A stretch of 60,016 nucleotides of DNA from an uncultured Prevotella sp. (GTDB lineage: Bacteria; Bacteroidota; Bacteroidia; Bacteroidales; Bacteroidaceae): assembly GCA_902477645.1 (NCBI GenBank), contig CABSIA010000001.1, forward strand, positions 1-60,016. The letters run 5' to 3'. Shown here piece after piece: positions 50,075-58,099 of this stretch. The notes under the pieces are model-generated. The model searched no databases. It was not told the DNA's origin and was given only the letters and a program-made list of their open reading frames with translations. Each line of letters begins with the position of its first letter. The first letter of the stretch is position 1. A program made the translations under genes and the position numbers.

Positions 50075-52216
50075 GTGAAAACATTCATTTCAACATTGGT
50101 AGTTTTGTTAGGTCTGGCTACCAGTATTCAAGGTAAAAACACATATGAGTTTACAGCCGACAGCCTGATCCGTCAGAATGACACCATACACTACACACGG
50201 TCGTTAGACTCCGTGGTTGTGGTAGGTGACAACATCACCCACTATGCAGACCGTGATGTGGTGCGTATAACCAGAACCATGCGTAAAGGGGCACGGAATA
50301 CTGCACAGATGCTGGGTAATATCCCCGGAATCGACTGTGACTATTCCAACAACGAACTCACCTATTACGGTTCGAAGAACATCCTCATTTTGGTAGACAG
50401 CGTAGAGAAGTCATCCGCATACATTAAGGAACTGCACCACCTGCGCTTTGACAAAGTAGATGTGGTGCCCAATCCCACAGGGAAATACGCCAACTATGAC
50501 GTGCTGATAAACCTGCATACAAAGCCTGATTATGAAGGGTACGAGGGAAATGCCTTTGAACAGGTATCTGTTTTGCCTACAAATGGGAACGGGAAAGACA
50601 AGCATCTGACAGGAAATTACACTTCCGCATCTTTCACGTACACCAAGAACAAGTGGAACTTTGTGGGAAGGTATAACTTCAAATACCTGCAGAGCGAACG
50701 CAACAACATCACGGAGGCGGTCAGCAACAATCTCGTGAGCAATTTGCAGGAAACCATGCTGACGCCTAACGGCTCCAAAAACTTCTACCGCATACACAAT
50801 GCCTATGCCGCCGTGGATTACCAGATAAACAAGAGCCATTCGGTCTCGGCATCCTACAACTATTCCCCTGATGCTACAGACACCTACAGCCACAGTTCCA
50901 AAGGGCGGTGGTGGACGGAAAGCGACATACGTGACACCATCAGCACCAACCAAACCAGCAGGGTGAACAGCACACGCCACACACTGGGTCTCTACTACCG
51001 TGGACGCAGTGGTGTATGGAACTACACCTATGACTTCAACTATATCAATGACAGTTGGACTTCTGACAAGGACTACACACAAAGCACGGGCTACACATCC
51101 CACTACCCGCACCGTAACCACATGGACTACGTGTGGACCAAGAGCGAGGTCAACCGGCGCTTCCTCAACAACAAGTTCTATGTCAGTGCAGGATATAACT
51201 TTACATGGAAGGACTATGAGCAGAAGAACAGAAAGACAGAGGACTTGCTGAGCGAGAACACCTACAAGCGCAATGAGTTCTGGACATGGCTCTCATACCG
51301 CATCAAGGATGGCACAGACCTAAACTTCAGCGCATCTGCCGAACACGTGCACACAGAGAGCCGCAGCTATGAAGACAACAACATGGTGTACAAGCTGAGC
51401 GGCATGTTTTACCACAAATGGAACAAATGGCTTTGGATGCGCCTCAACTATTGGTGCAACATCACACATCCCCAGCTGGACCAGGTGACCGAATACGGCT
51501 ATTTCAGCGACTCTCTTACCTACAGAAGTGGAAACCCCGCATTGCGCACTCAAGTCTATCACTCCACACGGCTGTGGCTCGACTTCTTTAACACGTTTAA
51601 CATACAGGCAGGATACAATTATTCGCCAAACATGTTCTCCACTGTAATCGAGCCAGGAGAAGGACTGATGTCTACAGGCGAGCACGGGTCTTATATCATC
51701 TACATGCCACGGAACGCCACATACAGGGAGTTCTGGACCTCATTCTATATCTACAAGCGCATCAAGGCCTTTACCATCAGTGCCACTGTCAAATATCAGT
51801 TCAAGGAAGCTGAATATGGGAAATACAAGAACAGCAACGACGGGTTCAGCGGACACCTCGATGTGAGGTATTATAACGACAAGCGATTCCTGACATTGCT
51901 ATTGGGCTACATCCTCAATAACAGCTACGGAGCGTCAGTGCAAGGATGGAATACCTCAAAAATGGACATTCTCAGATTCTATGCGGGAAAAGACTTCTTC
52001 AAGCAACGGATGAATATAAGCATACAATATGTATCGCCACGTATCTTCTGCGACGGATACTCAAGACGTATCCTACATTCGGATGCAATGACGGGCTATA
52101 GGATTACGAATAATTATAAGAGTATGGAGCATTCCATTATGTTCACCATGGCCTACCGGTTCAACGGAGGAAAAAGTGTGAGACAGTATAACAGGGAAAT
52201 GTCTGGAGAAAGATAA
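50075..52216 (+). CDS. Outer-membrane beta-barrel / TonB-dependent-receptor-like protein
   Basis: Signal peptide, LDSVVVVG, plug-like MLGNIPGI, aromatic beta strands, SGNPAL, C-terminal YRFNGGK. Confidence 0.8.
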   Translation: MKTFISTLVVLLGLATSIQGKNTYEFTADSLIRQNDTIHYTRSLDSVVVVGDNITHYADRDVVRITRTMRKGARNTAQMLGNIPGIDCDYSNNELTYYGSKNILILVDSVEKSSAYIKELHHLRFDKVDVVPNPTGKYANYDVLINLHTKPDYEGYEGNAFEQVSVLPTNGNGKDKHLTGNYTSASFTYTKNKWNFVGRYNFKYLQSERNNITEAVSNNLVSNLQETMLTPNGSKNFYRIHNAYAAVDYQINKSHSVSASYNYSPDATDTYSHSSKGRWWTESDIRDTISTNQTSRVNSTRHTLGLYYRGRSGVWNYTYDFNYINDSWTSDKDYTQSTGYTSHYPHRNHMDYVWTKSEVNRRFLNNKFYVSAGYNFTWKDYEQKNRKTEDLLSENTYKRNEFWTWLSYRIKDGTDLNFSASAEHVHTESRSYEDNNMVYKLSGMFYHKWNKWLWMRLNYWCNITHPQLDQVTEYGYFSDSLTYRSGNPALRTQVYHSTRLWLDFFNTFNIQAGYNYSPNMFSTVIEPGEGLMSTGEHGSYIIYMPRNATYREFWTSFYIYKRIKAFTISATVKYQFKEAEYGKYKNSNDGFSGHLDVRYYNDKRFLTLLLGYILNNSYGASVQGWNTSKMDILRFYAGKDFFKQRMNISIQYVSPRIFCDGYSRRILHSDAMTGYRITNNYKSMEHSIMFTMAYRFNGGKSVRQYNREMSGER

Positions 52217-52291
52217 AAATAGAACGATAAGTTCTTGTATATTGTTTAATTAAATTATATTTTATGAGTTTATTAAGAAAAAAAGACTCAG

Positions 52292-52600
52292 TTGGAGGAC
52301 GAATACAGTCTTCTGTCTGAGATGGAGATGCTCCAAGTGTATGGAGGAGAAGGGGTTATCATTACCAACAGTCTTAATTGTACAGTGAATACGGTTGCAG
52401 GATGTGGCGCTCCATCTGGTGGTGGAAGTAACTCTGGGGGTAGTTCCTCAGGCAGCAGTTCTTCTAATGGCAGTTCTTCTAATGGTTCTTCTTCTAATGG
52501 TTCTTCTGGCGATTCAGGTTGTAGTTGCAGTCACAGCGACAACGATTCCGACCCCAATAATGGCACAATTTGTGTTGGAGGTGACTTAGTATGTTTATAA
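52292..52600 (+). CDS. Double-glycine-leader RiPP precursor (native start possibly ATG 52264, out of frame)
   Basis: LSEMEMLQVYGG leader, then an 83-aa core with 6 Cys and an S/G/N-rich centre; directly upstream of a C39 exporter. Confidence 0.85.
   Translation: MEDEYSLLSEMEMLQVYGGEGVIITNSLNCTVNTVAGCGAPSGGGSNSGGSSSGSSSSNGSSSNGSSSNGSSGDSGCSCSHSDNDSDPNNGTICVGGDLVCL
52456..52508 (+). repeat. 15-bp coding tandem repeat (SSSNG)x3 in the precursor core
   Basis: TTCTTCTAATGG repeated three times at a 15-bp period. Confidence 0.9.
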
Positions 52601-52610
52601 CAAACAATGA

Positions 52611-52650
52611 AAGGAAGGTAAAGTGCCATCGACGGCACTTTACTTTCTTT
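52611..52650 (+). terminator. Strong stem-loop between precursor and exporter
   Basis: AAGGTAAAGTGCC-ATCGAC-GGCACTTTACTTT followed by T-rich sequence. Confidence 0.8.
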
Positions 52651-52669
52651 ATACTCCCATCTTAAAATT

Positions 52670-54886
52670 ATGTTTGACCACTCATTCCCCCATTTCCGTC
52701 AAATGGACTCTCACGATTGTGGAGCTACTTGCCTGCAAATGATAGCCAAATATTACGGAAAGAATTATAGTCTGAGAACCCTACGTGAGTATTCGTTCAT
52801 TTCGCGTGAAGGCTCCTCATTAATGGGGGTAAGCGATGCAGCCGAGAAGATAGGCTTCCGCACCACTGGTGTAAAAACCAGCTTGAGGTGTCTGCAAGAT
52901 AGGGTAACATTGCCATGCGTGCTCCATTGGAATCAGAACCATTATGTAGTGCTGTACCGCATCCAGAAGAAACGCAAAGAGACCATCTATCATGTAGCAG
53001 ACCCAGCTTCGTATCTTGTCAAGTTTACGGAAAAAGAATTCAAATCGCATTGGTTGAGCACCAAACAGAACGACAACGAACGTGGCATCGCACTGATATT
53101 ACAACCCGACACGGATTTCTATCAACGAGAAGACGAGGGGGATAAGGCCAAAATGCGCAGCATCTCCCATTATTTCCGTTACCTCATCCCTTATAGATGG
53201 CAATTGGGACAGATTGTCACCTGTATGGTGATGTATATGGTATTGGGACTGATATTTCCTTTTCTCACCCAGTCAATGGTGGATGTGGGCATCAGAAACA
53301 GCAATCTGAACTTTGTATTGCTAATCCTTGTATCACAATTCATCCTGACCTTCACAGACATGGGCATAAACTTCTTGCACAATTGGATAGCCCTGCATGT
53401 CAACACGCGCGTTGATTTGGCACTGATGTCTGATTTTTGGCGCAAACTGATGAACTTGCCCATTCGCTTCTTCGACACACGGATGACGGGAGACCTGATG
53501 CAGCGGCTCGGAGACCACGGGCGTATCCGCAATTTCCTCATAAATGATTCCATCGGCATCCTGTTTTCTTCGATTACCTTTTTGTTGTATACTATCCTGC
53601 TTGCATATTACAACTTGACTTTGTTGACTGTTTTCCTCACGGGGCATCTACTGTATGCAGTATGGGTAATGTCGTTTCTCAGATACCGCAGGGAACTTGA
53701 CTATCAGGCTTTCGACCTGCAGGCCAAAAACCACAGTTGCGTCATCCAGCTGATTCAGGGTATGCAGGAAATCAAATTAAACAATAATGAACGGCAGAAG
53801 CGGTGGGAATGGGAAGAGCTGCAAGCCCGCTTTTTCCATAACAATATGCGGGGGCTTAAGATTGACCAGATAAAACGGCTTGGCGCACAGATGATTACCC
53901 GCAGTACAGGATTGGTAGTATCTTTCCTCGTAGCCAAACAGGTAATTGAGGGAAAAATGACACTCGGTATGATGATGGCACTCTCATATATTATGGGGCA
54001 CGTGAGCGGTCCCATATCCAATTTTATCGGATTTATACACTCTCTGCAAAATGCGCAAATCAGTCTGGAGCGCCTGAACGAAATTCATGGACAGGATGAG
54101 GAAGATAACGCGAAATTGTCCTTGCGTACAGAACTGCCGCCAGACAAGAGTATCCGCATCAAAGATTTATCATTCAGTTACAGCGGTTCTCCCCGCGAGT
54201 ATGTACTGAAAGAAATCAATCTGTTTATTCCCGAACACAAGATTACGGCCATTGTAGGAGTCAGTGGCAGCGGAAAGACCACTATTATGAAATTACTGCA
54301 AGGATTCTACAACCCGCAAGAAGGAGAACTGAAGGTAGACGAGACACCTTTGCAACTGATAAGTCCACACTTTTGGAGAAGTAAGGTAGGAGCTGTGATG
54401 CAGGACGGTTATATATTCTCTGATACCATCGCCAAAAATATAGCCGTAGGTGAAGATGAGATAGATAAGGAAAGGCTTAGGAAAGCTGTACGTATTGCAA
54501 ATATCGAAGACTTCATCGAAAAGTTGCCTTTAGGATATAATACAAAAATAGGCTTGGAAGGAAACGGTGTCAGTCAGGGGCAAAGACAACGCATTCTTAT
54601 AGCCCGTGCTGTATATAAGAATCCTGAATATCTGTTTTTTGATGAAGCCACTAATGCACTTGATACAAAGAATGAAAAGGCTATTATGGAGAATCTGATG
54701 GAATTCTATAAGGGAAAGACTGTGGTTATCTGTGCACATCGACTGAGTACCATCAGACATGCAGACCAGATTGTCGTGCTGAATGATGGGCGTGTGGTGG
54801 AAACCGGCACACATGATGAGTTGATGGAGCGGCACATGGAATACTATCACCTTGTGGAAAACCAGTTGGAAATGACAAATGAATAG
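52670..54886 (+). CDS. Peptidase C39-containing ABC exporter (PCAT)
   Basis: QMDSHDCGATCL (catalytic Cys), HWNQNHYVV (His), VADP (Asp), TM domain, GVSGSGKT, VSQGQ, DEAT, AHRL. Confidence 0.96.
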   Translation: MFDHSFPHFRQMDSHDCGATCLQMIAKYYGKNYSLRTLREYSFISREGSSLMGVSDAAEKIGFRTTGVKTSLRCLQDRVTLPCVLHWNQNHYVVLYRIQKKRKETIYHVADPASYLVKFTEKEFKSHWLSTKQNDNERGIALILQPDTDFYQREDEGDKAKMRSISHYFRYLIPYRWQLGQIVTCMVMYMVLGLIFPFLTQSMVDVGIRNSNLNFVLLILVSQFILTFTDMGINFLHNWIALHVNTRVDLALMSDFWRKLMNLPIRFFDTRMTGDLMQRLGDHGRIRNFLINDSIGILFSSITFLLYTILLAYYNLTLLTVFLTGHLLYAVWVMSFLRYRRELDYQAFDLQAKNHSCVIQLIQGMQEIKLNNNERQKRWEWEELQARFFHNNMRGLKIDQIKRLGAQMITRSTGLVVSFLVAKQVIEGKMTLGMMMALSYIMGHVSGPISNFIGFIHSLQNAQISLERLNEIHGQDEEDNAKLSLRTELPPDKSIRIKDLSFSYSGSPREYVLKEINLFIPEHKITAIVGVSGSGKTTIMKLLQGFYNPQEGELKVDETPLQLISPHFWRSKVGAVMQDGYIFSDTIAKNIAVGEDEIDKERLRKAVRIANIEDFIEKLPLGYNTKIGLEGNGVSQGQRQRILIARAVYKNPEYLFFDEATNALDTKNEKAIMENLMEFYKGKTVVICAHRLSTIRHADQIVVLNDGRVVETGTHDELMERHMEYYHLVENQLEMTNE

Positions 54887-54894
54887 GGAGAACT

Positions 54895-55419
54895 ATGAAC
54901 GAAGGAAAAGAAATTGAAATCTATGAGCCCCGTGAAGCGCAGGAACTAATTGGCTATATCCCTACCTCGCTGCAGAAATGGGGAGTCTATGCAATAGCTC
55001 TGTTCATGGCCATACTACTGGCAGGAAGTTGTTTCTTCCGATACCCCGAGACTTTGAAGGGGAGCATCATCATCCCCCCGTCAGAGGGTGCAGACTCTGT
55101 CTCGGGGATAATGTTCCTTCCACCTTCCAATTTGGGGGAGGTAAGAGATGGGGCAAAAGTGCTCGTTTTTACAGAGGCTTATCCCGAGGCGAAATATGGT
55201 TTCCTTACAGGAACGGTCAACAGGGTCTATGGTATTCCTGACGAATCGGGAAAGCATCGGGTGGAAGTACATTTTCCCAGAGGACTGTTGACCAGCCAGG
55301 GAGCTGCGCTCTCCGCACGGCTGCAGTTGACTGGTACAGGAGAAATAATCCTAAAGGAATCCACTCTGATGGAAGCGTTGATAAAACCAATCAGACTACC
55401 CGCCGGGCAAGACAAGTAA
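54895..55419 (+). CDS. Short HlyD-like membrane fusion protein (TM + beta-barrel only)
   Basis: ELIGYIP..TM..YPE, then directly the V..G.KV..YP...YGFLTG.V barrel and TGTGEII. Confidence 0.75.
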   Translation: MNEGKEIEIYEPREAQELIGYIPTSLQKWGVYAIALFMAILLAGSCFFRYPETLKGSIIIPPSEGADSVSGIMFLPPSNLGEVRDGAKVLVFTEAYPEAKYGFLTGTVNRVYGIPDESGKHRVEVHFPRGLLTSQGAALSARLQLTGTGEIILKESTLMEALIKPIRLPAGQDK

Positions 55420-55429
55420 ACATGTAAAT

Positions 55430-56893
55430 ATGAAACAAGCAATACTAATAATGGCTCATAAGGACAGGGAGCAAATAGAAAGACTCGTCAATTATTTTGA
55501 TGGAAAGTGCGACATCATTATTCATCTTGACAGACATTCACCTTTTACCAAGGAAGACGAAAAGAGATTAGCCAAATTGCCTGGAGTGAAAAAGGTGTTC
55601 CGCAAGGTTTCTGCCCATTGGGGAGGGTTCAGCTTGCTACGCTGCCAGTTGTTTCTGTTGGAAATGGGACTGAAATATTCCGATGGCAGATACATGCATC
55701 TGCTTAGCGGGCAGGACTATCCTTTAAAACCATTGGATGACTTCCTGCGTTTCTTTGAATTGGAAACAAGAGAATTCATTGAGGGGGCGCATTTACCGGC
55801 TCCTCATTGGGACGGAAACACATACAAGCGCATACAGCATTTTTATTTTACGGACTATATTAGACATATAACGGAAGAAAAAGTAAACGGGATGTGGGAA
55901 TTTGCTGACAAGCAGGACAAATGGGGTATTAGAAGAAGGATTCCTGACCAAGTGAAACATTTATATGGAGGCTCTGCCTGGTTTTCACTGACAAGGGCGT
56001 GTACCAAAAAGGTTGTGGAATATTCACACAAGCATCCTTCACTGCTAAGACGGTTCAGATTCACGTTTGCACCTGATGAAATATACATCCAAACGGTTGT
56101 ACGGCATATCAATTATCCAGACAAGCAAATAGTCAATAGAAACCTGAGGCATATCCATTGGGCAAAGAGAGGGGACAATCATCCTATATCATTCAATGAG
56201 TCTCATTTTTATGAACTCTCTTCATCGGATGCTTTCTTTGCAAGGAAGTTTGAAATGCAGGACAGTGGCAAGCTGATGGATCTGATTGATAAATACCTGC
56301 TCACTAAGGAAAAAGTCACGAATATAGAAACCGGAGCGTGGACAACCCGGACATTTACCGGCCATTTCTTTGATGGAGGATTGGCCAACGCCATCGCAAG
56401 ACTATGCAAGATCTGCCATGTCAAGGACGCGATAGACTTCGGTTGTGGTACAGGGTGGTATGTCACGGCCTTGAGAAAGGAACGGATAGCGGCAGTGGGA
56501 TATGACGGGAACCCACATACAACGGAATTTTCTGTCATGCTGGCCGAACAAGCGGATTACCCTTGCGAACAAGCAGATTTGACGGAAGAACTGACCGTGG
56601 AAGAGCCATACGAGATGACACTCTTCCTGTCCGTAGGAGAATATATCCCTCAACAGCATGAGGAACAGATTTGGAAAAACCTGATTAGCTCAACAAACAG
56701 ATACCTTATTCTTGGCTGGGGAAATCCTGATATATGTGAAGAGGGGGTAGTCAATCCGCATACCGAAAAAGAAATCCGAAAAATTGGAGAATCGTACGGA
56801 CTGAAAGTGGATGAGCTCGCAACCCGTATGCTCAGAGAACAAAGCTGGCATCCAAGATACAAGAATACAATTATTGTTTTTATAAAGTTATAA
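55430..56893 (+). CDS. GT14 (Branch/core-2-type) glycosyltransferase fused to a class I SAM methyltransferase
   Basis: N-terminal ILIMAHK, IHLD, WGGFSL, LSGQDYPL, GGSAWFSLT, PDEIYIQT, FFARKF; C-terminal DFGCGTG, GYDG, SVGEYIP. Confidence 0.85.
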   Translation: MKQAILIMAHKDREQIERLVNYFDGKCDIIIHLDRHSPFTKEDEKRLAKLPGVKKVFRKVSAHWGGFSLLRCQLFLLEMGLKYSDGRYMHLLSGQDYPLKPLDDFLRFFELETREFIEGAHLPAPHWDGNTYKRIQHFYFTDYIRHITEEKVNGMWEFADKQDKWGIRRRIPDQVKHLYGGSAWFSLTRACTKKVVEYSHKHPSLLRRFRFTFAPDEIYIQTVVRHINYPDKQIVNRNLRHIHWAKRGDNHPISFNESHFYELSSSDAFFARKFEMQDSGKLMDLIDKYLLTKEKVTNIETGAWTTRTFTGHFFDGGLANAIARLCKICHVKDAIDFGCGTGWYVTALRKERIAAVGYDGNPHTTEFSVMLAEQADYPCEQADLTEELTVEEPYEMTLFLSVGEYIPQQHEEQIWKNLISSTNRYLILGWGNPDICEEGVVNPHTEKEIRKIGESYGLKVDELATRMLREQSWHPRYKNTIIVFIKL

Positions 56894-56894
56894 A

Positions 56895-57668
56895 ATGAAA
56901 AATACAGTTATTTTATTCATAGCCCATTTCATCAATGAAGATACGATGGGGAAATATAAGAAATTGAAAGACGAATTGTCTGATACATGTGATGTTGTTT
57001 GGGTTCTCCAAAAAGACCGTGACAATGACATGCAACTTCCTGACAATATTCATTTTTACACATTCAGTTTGGCCTCCATTAGTGAGTTGCAATACGAACT
57101 TCTTTATGATGACACTATATACTATAATGTCAACTTTATTCTTCAAAGGTTTTTCAAAGATAATCCCAAATATGGGCGCTATTGGAGCATAGAGTACGAT
57201 GTCGTTTTCACAGGCAATTGGCATACACTGATAGACTGCTTTGAAAACGAGGATGCGGACTTGATAAGCTGTCATATCGCTAAATACACGAAAGGAATAA
57301 ATGAACATTGGGACTGGTGGAAGTCCACTGTCTGGATTGACGAGGATATTCCATTAGAAAAATGTGTCAAAGCTTTCAGCCCCATATATTCTTTGTCAAA
57401 TAAAGCACTCGAATTCCTTGACGGTTTCTTTCGCAAAGGAAATAGTGGCCATTTTGAAACTATCATGTCAACAGCCCTGCATTATCATGGGTTCAAACTT
57501 CTTGACATGGGCGGCGTAGGAGAATTTACACCCCCTGAGTTCAGAAACAAATTCTATATACAGGGAGCCGGGATAAACAATGGGACAATTAGATACCGCC
57601 CCATCTTTCTAAATGAAGAAATTGAGGCAATGAATTTGCCGGACAAATTATTTCATCCTTTAAAATAA
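56895..57668 (+). CDS. Putative glycosyltransferase-like (DUF3405-like) protein
   Basis: YWSIEYDVVFTGNW motif, ADLI, HFE, C-terminal LFHPLK. Confidence 0.55.
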   Translation: MKNTVILFIAHFINEDTMGKYKKLKDELSDTCDVVWVLQKDRDNDMQLPDNIHFYTFSLASISELQYELLYDDTIYYNVNFILQRFFKDNPKYGRYWSIEYDVVFTGNWHTLIDCFENEDADLISCHIAKYTKGINEHWDWWKSTVWIDEDIPLEKCVKAFSPIYSLSNKALEFLDGFFRKGNSGHFETIMSTALHYHGFKLLDMGGVGEFTPPEFRNKFYIQGAGINNGTIRYRPIFLNEEIEAMNLPDKLFHPLK

Positions 57669-57707
57669 AATCCGGGCAGCGGTAATTTATTGCTCATATT
57701 CCCTGTG

Positions 57708-57885
57708 GGTGTCGTGAAACGACATATCTATAAGAAACCCGCGGCAAGCCATGCATCGGCACAGATATGGGGTGATAACCGTATGCGCAAGGTACGTCCC
57801 TTGAAGATGGACTTATATTACCTCACAGCTGCACAGCTTCGCTGTTTGCAGTAGGTCTCGTATAGATGTGCACCGTCGGCACACA
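57708..57885. repeat. Degenerate inverted-repeat (REPIN/MITE-like) element at the right edge of the RiPP locus
   Basis: CATATCTATAAGAAACCCGCGGCAAGC aligns imperfectly with the reverse complement of 57844-57870; each arm carries small hairpins. Confidence 0.5.
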
Positions 57886-58099
57886 CTTCCGGTAATAGTT
57901 TAGAACATCCCTTAATTTCGGTGGGAAGTTTTAGAAAACACCTTATACAAACATGCTGTTTTTATTTATTGAAATGAATCAACTTAAATTTTAAAAACTG
58001 CCGGCAAAAACTATTATTCCACTTTGCAAAAGTGAGAATTATAGAATTATCTGTATATTTGCAGGCAGAAGATATAGAAAAAACAAAGACTCTGAGAAA

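Noticed and set aside
57899..57945. Possible IS end (TTAGAACATCCCTTA / TTAGAAAACACCTTA)
   Set aside because: No partner inverted repeat, target duplication or transposase found in the window.
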